Shown here piece after piece: positions 59,406 to 64,000 of a DNA stretch of 64,000 bases. Made by a program: the position numbers and the translations under genes. The notes beneath the pieces are model-generated. The model saw nothing but the letters and a program-made list of their open reading frames with translations, made no database searches and had not been told where the DNA came from. Source of the DNA: Candidatus Parcubacteria bacterium. GTDB taxonomy: Bacteria > Patescibacteriota > Minisyncoccia > UBA6257 > HR35. Position 1 is the first letter of the stretch. The number at the start of each line of letters is the position of its first letter. The stretch covers positions 79,915-143,914 of the forward strand of contig BPJI01000001.1 in the NCBI GenBank assembly GCA_026004535.1, read 5' to 3'.

Positions 59406-60767
59406 TTAAACTTCCATGATTTTTGATTTTAAAACTTCTAATTCTTGATTTAATAAAGGGTTTTTCTTCAGTTCTTTAACAATTTTTTCATAAGAGTAAA
59501 TAATCGTTGTATGATCCTTTTTTAAAAATTCACCAATTGAGGTATAAGAAAGTTGTGAAATTTCTCTTAAAAAATAAATTAAAAACTGTCTTGCTCGGAC
59601 TAGATGTTTTGTTCTTGTTTTTTTAAAAACATCTTCATCTTTTATTTCATAATGTTCAGCAATTACTTTAACTATTTTTTTCGGACTAATTTTACGATAA
59701 AAATCTTTGGAGAACTTTTTTAACAGCTCTTCCACTTTTTCTAAAGTTATTTTTTCGCCTTGGTTGTGATGAAAAATGATAAGACTTAAAGCACCTTCTA
59801 GTTCTCTGGTGTTCTTAGTAATTCTTTGGGCAATAAGATCGTAAATTTTATCGTCAAAAACAACACCTTTTTCTTGAGATTTTAGTTTTAAAATCGCCAT
59901 TCTTGTTTCGTAATCAGGGGGATTAATATCAATAACTAAACCGCCTTCAAATCTTGACCTTAAACGAGCTTCAATGTCAGGAATTAGTTTTGGAGGTCTA
60001 TCAGACGAAAAAATAATTTGTTTGGAAAGGTTGAAAAGATAGTTGAAAGTATGGAAAAGTTCCTCTTGAGAAGTTGTTTTACCCGAAAGAAAGTGAACAT
60101 CGTCTAAAATCAAAATATCAATATCTCTAAACTTGGCTCTAAATTCTTCAGTTGTATGATTTTTTAAACTTTGAATAAATTCATTAGTGAACTCCTCGGT
60201 TGTTAAATATTTTAATTTTATGTTTTTGTGAAGTTTTAAAGCTTCATTACCGGTTGCTTGTAAAAGATGAGTTTTGCCAACACCAACTGGTCCATAAACA
60301 AACAATGGATTATGTAATTTGCCATAATTCTTAGCTACTGCTTGACAAGCAGCAAAGGCTAATTCATTACCTTGGCCAACAACAAAATTATCAAAACGAT
60401 AACGAGGATTAAGATTAGTTTGGGGATTAATTTCAAAAATTGTTAATCTTTGCTGATTGATGCTTGAAAATCTTTTAATTATTGTTTTTTGATAATCAAT
60501 TTCTAGACCAGGCTTGTTCGAAACCACAAGTTCAATGCTTTTTATTTCAGGAATAAACTCTTTAATTGTTTTTAAAATTACTTGTTCAAATTTTTTTTCG
60601 AGCCAATCTTTAACAAATTTGCTTGGTACCTCTATTTTTAAAACTCCCTGAGAATAATTTTTTGGTTGAAAATGAGAAAACCAAACCTTAAAAACAGATT
60701 CACCAACGTTATTTTTAATATTAGTTAAAATCTTATCCCATGTTGTTTGGAAATGTTCTAAGGCCAT
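59406..60767 (-). CDS. dnaA: Chromosomal replication initiator DnaA
   Basis: LNPRYRFDNFVVG, GPVGVGKTHLL, QEELFHTFN, RELEGAL, KDHTTI; ATG 60767 preferred over TTG 60776. Confidence 0.98.
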   Translation of the reverse strand: MALEHFQTTWDKILTNIKNNVGESVFKVWFSHFQPKNYSQGVLKIEVPSKFVKDWLEKKFEQVILKTIKEFIPEIKSIELVVSNKPGLEIDYQKTIIKRFSSINQQRLTIFEINPQTNLNPRYRFDNFVVGQGNELAFAACQAVAKNYGKLHNPLFVYGPVGVGKTHLLQATGNEALKLHKNIKLKYLTTEEFTNEFIQSLKNHTTEEFRAKFRDIDILILDDVHFLSGKTTSQEELFHTFNYLFNLSKQIIFSSDRPPKLIPDIEARLRSRFEGGLVIDINPPDYETRMAILKLKSQEKGVVFDDKIYDLIAQRITKNTRELEGALSLIIFHHNQGEKITLEKVEELLKKFSKDFYRKISPKKIVKVIAEHYEIKDEDVFKKTRTKHLVRARQFLIYFLREISQLSYTSIGEFLKKDHTTIIYSYEKIVKELKKNPLLNQELEVLKSKIMEV

Positions 60768-60816
60768 TTTCCCCAATTATATCTAAAAAGCATCAAGAAG
60801 TCAAAAACCTAAAATC

Positions 60817-61254
60817 TTAAATTAATGTGGAAAACTTGTGAAATAGAATTTTTTTAACCAATTTATCAGCTAAGTTTTGTTCCCGGGGAATTAAATTAAT
60901 TTTAATTTCTCCAAAGTCAAGTCTTAAGTTGTGAAATTTAATAAAATAAGGGAAAAGATTAGGTTCAGAAATTTTATACTGATTATCAATTTGTTTAGCC
61001 ACCACTTCGCTGTCTAGATTTAAAATTATTTTTAGATTTTTAATTTTTTCCTTGCCAAAAATTTGTTTTATTTTTTCTAAAGCGAAGATAACAGCCTGGT
61101 ATTCAGCCTGATTATTAGTTTTAATGCCGATATCTTTACTATATTCCTTTATTCGTTGATCAAATTTTAAAACAACCCCAATTGCAGCTTTACCAGGATT
61201 ATTAATTGCACCACCGTCAGTATAAACAATTATTTCTTTCATTTGATTGGCCAT
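60817..61254 (-). CDS. rnhA: Ribonuclease HI family protein
   Basis: YTDGG..NPG, TNNQAEY, LDSE, IPREQN..AD. Confidence 0.9.
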   Translation of the reverse strand: MANQMKEIIVYTDGGAINNPGKAAIGVVLKFDQRIKEYSKDIGIKTNNQAEYQAVIFALEKIKQIFGKEKIKNLKIILNLDSEVVAKQIDNQYKISEPNLFPYFIKFHNLRLDFGEIKINLIPREQNLADKLVKKILFHKFSTLI

Positions 61255-62342
61255 AATGTTTCATTGGCTAAATAATGAAGCATAGCTCCACCGCCAGTTG
61301 AAATTTTAAATCTCTTTAAGAATTTTTTCTTAGTTAAAAAAGCCAAAGTATCACCACCACCAAATAAAATAAACTTATTCTTAAATTGAGCTAAAAATTT
61401 TATTAACAACAATGTTCCTTTTTCAAATCTTTTGTCTTCAACAAATCCCAAAGTTCCATTGATCACAATATTTTTTGCTTTTTTAATTTCTTTGAAAAAA
61501 ATCTTTAAACTTTCTTCGCCAGCATCGAAAATTTTATCCTCTTTTTGAATTTCGCCTAAATAACGATGATAAATTTTATTTTTGTTTAAAACATAAAAAT
61601 CGAAAGGAGTTAGTATTTTTGCTGAATATAGCTTTTTTATTTTTCTTAAGAGCTCATTTTCAACTAAAGAATTGCCAATCTCAAAACCTTTAGCCTTTAA
61701 AAAAGTATTAGCCAAACCGCCAGCTAAAATAATTAAATCAGCTCGATTTAAAAATTTCTCAATTAATGGTAATTTAGTTGAAATTTTTGCTCCACCTAAA
61801 ATTAAAGTTAAATTTTTTATTTTTAAAACCTTATTTAATAAATTGATTTCCTTTTCAAAATTAAACCCATAAAAAGTTGGTAAAATTTTTGGCAAAAGAT
61901 AAACCGAAGAATGTTTACGATGAGAAACCGAAAAAGCTTCAAAAACAAAAATTTCTCCTAATAAAGATAATTTTTTAGCAAAACCTGGATTACATTCTTT
62001 TTCTTCTTTCCATTTTCTTAAATTTTCTAAAAGAGAGAATTTTTCTTTTGGTTTTGAATTTAAATTTTCTAAAAAACCAATTTTAATTTTTAGAATTTTG
62101 CTTATTTCAGGAATTAGTTTTTTAAAAGATAACTTTTTATCATCGCCTAAATGGCTAATTAAAATAACTTGCCTGGCAGATTTTAAAAAATTTAGAGTTT
62201 GTTTAATAGCCAAAATTCTGTATTGATCAAAAATTTTTCCATTTTTAAAATCCACATTAAAATCAACCCTAACCAAAATATTTTTATTTTTTATTTTATC
62301 TAAATTATTTCTTAATAAAAATTTTTCTTTAATTGCAATCAT
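61239..62342 (-). CDS. pgk: Phosphoglycerate kinase
   Basis: RVDFNV, SHLG, LLENLR, GGAKISTK, GGGDT, STGGGA. Confidence 0.93.
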   Translation of the reverse strand: MIAIKEKFLLRNNLDKIKNKNILVRVDFNVDFKNGKIFDQYRILAIKQTLNFLKSARQVILISHLGDDKKLSFKKLIPEISKILKIKIGFLENLNSKPKEKFSLLENLRKWKEEKECNPGFAKKLSLLGEIFVFEAFSVSHRKHSSVYLLPKILPTFYGFNFEKEINLLNKVLKIKNLTLILGGAKISTKLPLIEKFLNRADLIILAGGLANTFLKAKGFEIGNSLVENELLRKIKKLYSAKILTPFDFYVLNKNKIYHRYLGEIQKEDKIFDAGEESLKIFFKEIKKAKNIVINGTLGFVEDKRFEKGTLLLIKFLAQFKNKFILFGGGDTLAFLTKKKFLKRFKISTGGGAMLHYLANETLWPIK

Positions 62343-62363
62343 AAGATAATTATAAGATAGAGA

Positions 62364-63866
62364 CTAGTTTTCCTTAACTCGATATTGCAAGGCTTCGCCT
62401 ACTTCATTAATATCAATAATATCTTTTTCATTATAATCAGCAATTGTTCGAGCTAATTTTAAAATTTTATGAATGCCTCTTAAAGACAAGCGATGTTTAT
62501 CAATTGCTTTTTTCAAAAAAACTTCAGCTTGATGAGTTAATTTAGCGTAGTCTTTAATTTTTTTAGCTGGGATCTCGCTATTATTTTTAAAGTTTTCGTT
62601 TTTGTACCTTTGATAAATTTTTTCTCTAACTTCAATAATTTTTCCTTTAATTTGTTCAAAATTTCTTTTTTCTAAATTAAAAATTTTTTCACTGTTAATT
62701 CTCGGCACATTTAAATTAATATCAATTCGGTCTAAAAGCGGTCCGGAAATTTTCTTTTGATATCTGTTGATTTCACTAATTGAACATTTGCATTCAATTT
62801 CTGGATCGCCATAAAAACCACAAGGGCAAGGATTGTAAGCACCAACAAATAAAAACCTCGCCGGGTATTTGACTGTTTTTTTGGCTCGAGCAATTGTTAT
62901 TTCGCCTGTTTCTAATGGTTCTCTTATTCCTTCTAAAACATCTCGGCGAAATTCAGGCAATTCATCAAAAAACAAAACACCACGATGAGCCAAAGTTACT
63001 TCTCCTGGTCTGGCATCTTTGCCGCCACCTAAAATACTAACAGCTGAAGCTGAATGATGGGGAGCTCTTAATTGAGGCCGAAAAATTATATTATCTTGTA
63101 AAAGACCTAAAGCACTATAAATAGCAGAAATTTCTAAGGCCGAATCGTAATCTAAATTAGGCAAAAGATGAACAATGTTTTGAGCCATTATTGTTTTACC
63201 TGTTCCTGGTGGTCCATAAAGTAAAAAATTATGATTACCAATAACTCCTAAAATTATTCCTCTTAAAAGATAATCATCAATAACAATAAAATTCAAATCT
63301 AAATCTTGATTTTCAAAAGAAAACTCTTTTGGCTCAACAGGTATCTTTAAAATTCTTTCTTCAATAAAATCAATAACTTCTTGTAAATGGGAAAAACCAT
63401 AAATTTTTATTTCCTTAACAAAACTAACTTCAGCTAAATTTTCTTCGGGCAAAATAATAGCTGAAAAATGTTTAGCTGCTTTTAAAGTGATTGGTAAAGC
63501 TCCTTTAATTTTTCTTAAGCTTCCATCTAAGCCAAGTTCGCCTAAAAACAAATAATCTTTAGGCAAAGTTTTTATTTGTCTCGAAGCAGCTAAATAAGCT
63601 AAAGCAATTGGTAAATCTAATAAAGGTCCTTCTTTTTTTAAATCAGCTGGAGCTAAATTAACAATTACTCGAGCATTGATTTTATTTGGTGGTTTAGCAG
63701 AAACATTTTTTAAAGCTAAACTTATTCTTTCTTTAGCTTCATTAATTGTTTCATCAGGTAAGCCAACAATTTGAAAATTAGGGAAACCGCCGCTTAAACC
63801 AACTTCAATCTCAATTATTTCAGGAAAAATTCCTGATAAAGTTGCACCCTTAATTTTGGCAAACAT
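62364..63866 (-). CDS. comM: YifB/ComM Mg-chelatase-like ATPase
   Basis: IVGLPD, NLAPADLKKEG, GPPGTGKT, RAPHH, LAHRGVLFFDE, NPCPCG. Confidence 0.93.
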   Translation of the reverse strand: MFAKIKGATLSGIFPEIIEIEVGLSGGFPNFQIVGLPDETINEAKERISLALKNVSAKPPNKINARVIVNLAPADLKKEGPLLDLPIALAYLAASRQIKTLPKDYLFLGELGLDGSLRKIKGALPITLKAAKHFSAIILPEENLAEVSFVKEIKIYGFSHLQEVIDFIEERILKIPVEPKEFSFENQDLDLNFIVIDDYLLRGIILGVIGNHNFLLYGPPGTGKTIMAQNIVHLLPNLDYDSALEISAIYSALGLLQDNIIFRPQLRAPHHSASAVSILGGGKDARPGEVTLAHRGVLFFDELPEFRRDVLEGIREPLETGEITIARAKKTVKYPARFLFVGAYNPCPCGFYGDPEIECKCSISEINRYQKKISGPLLDRIDINLNVPRINSEKIFNLEKRNFEQIKGKIIEVREKIYQRYKNENFKNNSEIPAKKIKDYAKLTHQAEVFLKKAIDKHRLSLRGIHKILKLARTIADYNEKDIIDINEVGEALQYRVKEN

Positions 63867-63883
63867 TATTTTTTAATTTTTAA

Positions 63884-64000
63884 TGCAGAACTATTAGAAC
63901 TGACGCAGAACTGACAGAATTATTTTTAAATGCAGAACTATGCTGAGCTGACGCAGAACTTACTGAATTTTTCTGTAAGTTCTGTGTTGGTTCTGTCCTT
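63884..64000. repeat. Palindromic CAGAACT/AGTTCTG element, same family as the dnaG insertion (runs off window end)
   Basis: gcagaactattagaactgacgcagaactgacagaattatttttaaatgcagaactatgctgagctgacgcagaact...aagttctgtgttggttctg. Confidence 0.85.

Noticed and set aside
7958-61872. Other short ORFs antisense or out of frame within housekeeping genes (for example 7958, 8270, 9544, 13460, 13876, 14620, 23199, 26784, 35278, 38720, 45323, 47574, 54740, 57571, 61672)
   Set aside because: They lie within or largely overlap well-supported genes and show no motifs or expression signals.

Overview
AT-rich bacterial chromosome segment using genetic code 11. Gene content (compact housekeeping genes, split ComEC, PilB, a VirD4/HerA-like ATPase with its membrane partner, a membrane-anchored Clp ATPase, valS and uvrC without C-terminal domains) suggests Patescibacteria/CPR, probably Parcubacteria; this is inference. 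The window holds rpoD (partial)-dnaG, a CIRCE-controlled hsp20-hrcA-grpE-dnaK-dnaJ operon, leuS, valS, gltX, secG/D/F, polA, murE, dnaA-dnaN with a likely oriC unwinding site, four intact tRNAs (Ile-UAU, Ser-CGA, Arg-CCU, Pro-GGG), an interrupted tRNA-Pro copy, RNase P RNA and tmRNA. No rRNA, CRISPR, integrase, transposase or reverse transcriptase was seen. Three features stand out. (1) Two type IV pilin-LamG loci 41 kb apart have near-identical constant blocks around an unrelated variable core and share downstream repeat sites, a candidate adhesin-variation cassette system. (2) Several families of palindromic short-repeat elements are inserted in frame in dnaG, into RNase P RNA P3, into a tRNA T-loop and between genes. 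(3) Translation initiation appears to use two modes: leaderless genes (TATAAT 6-8 nt before ATG, tiny bidirectional promoters, tRNA-abutting starts) and leadered genes with a DGTCG motif 20-24 nt upstream instead of a Shine-Dalgarno site.
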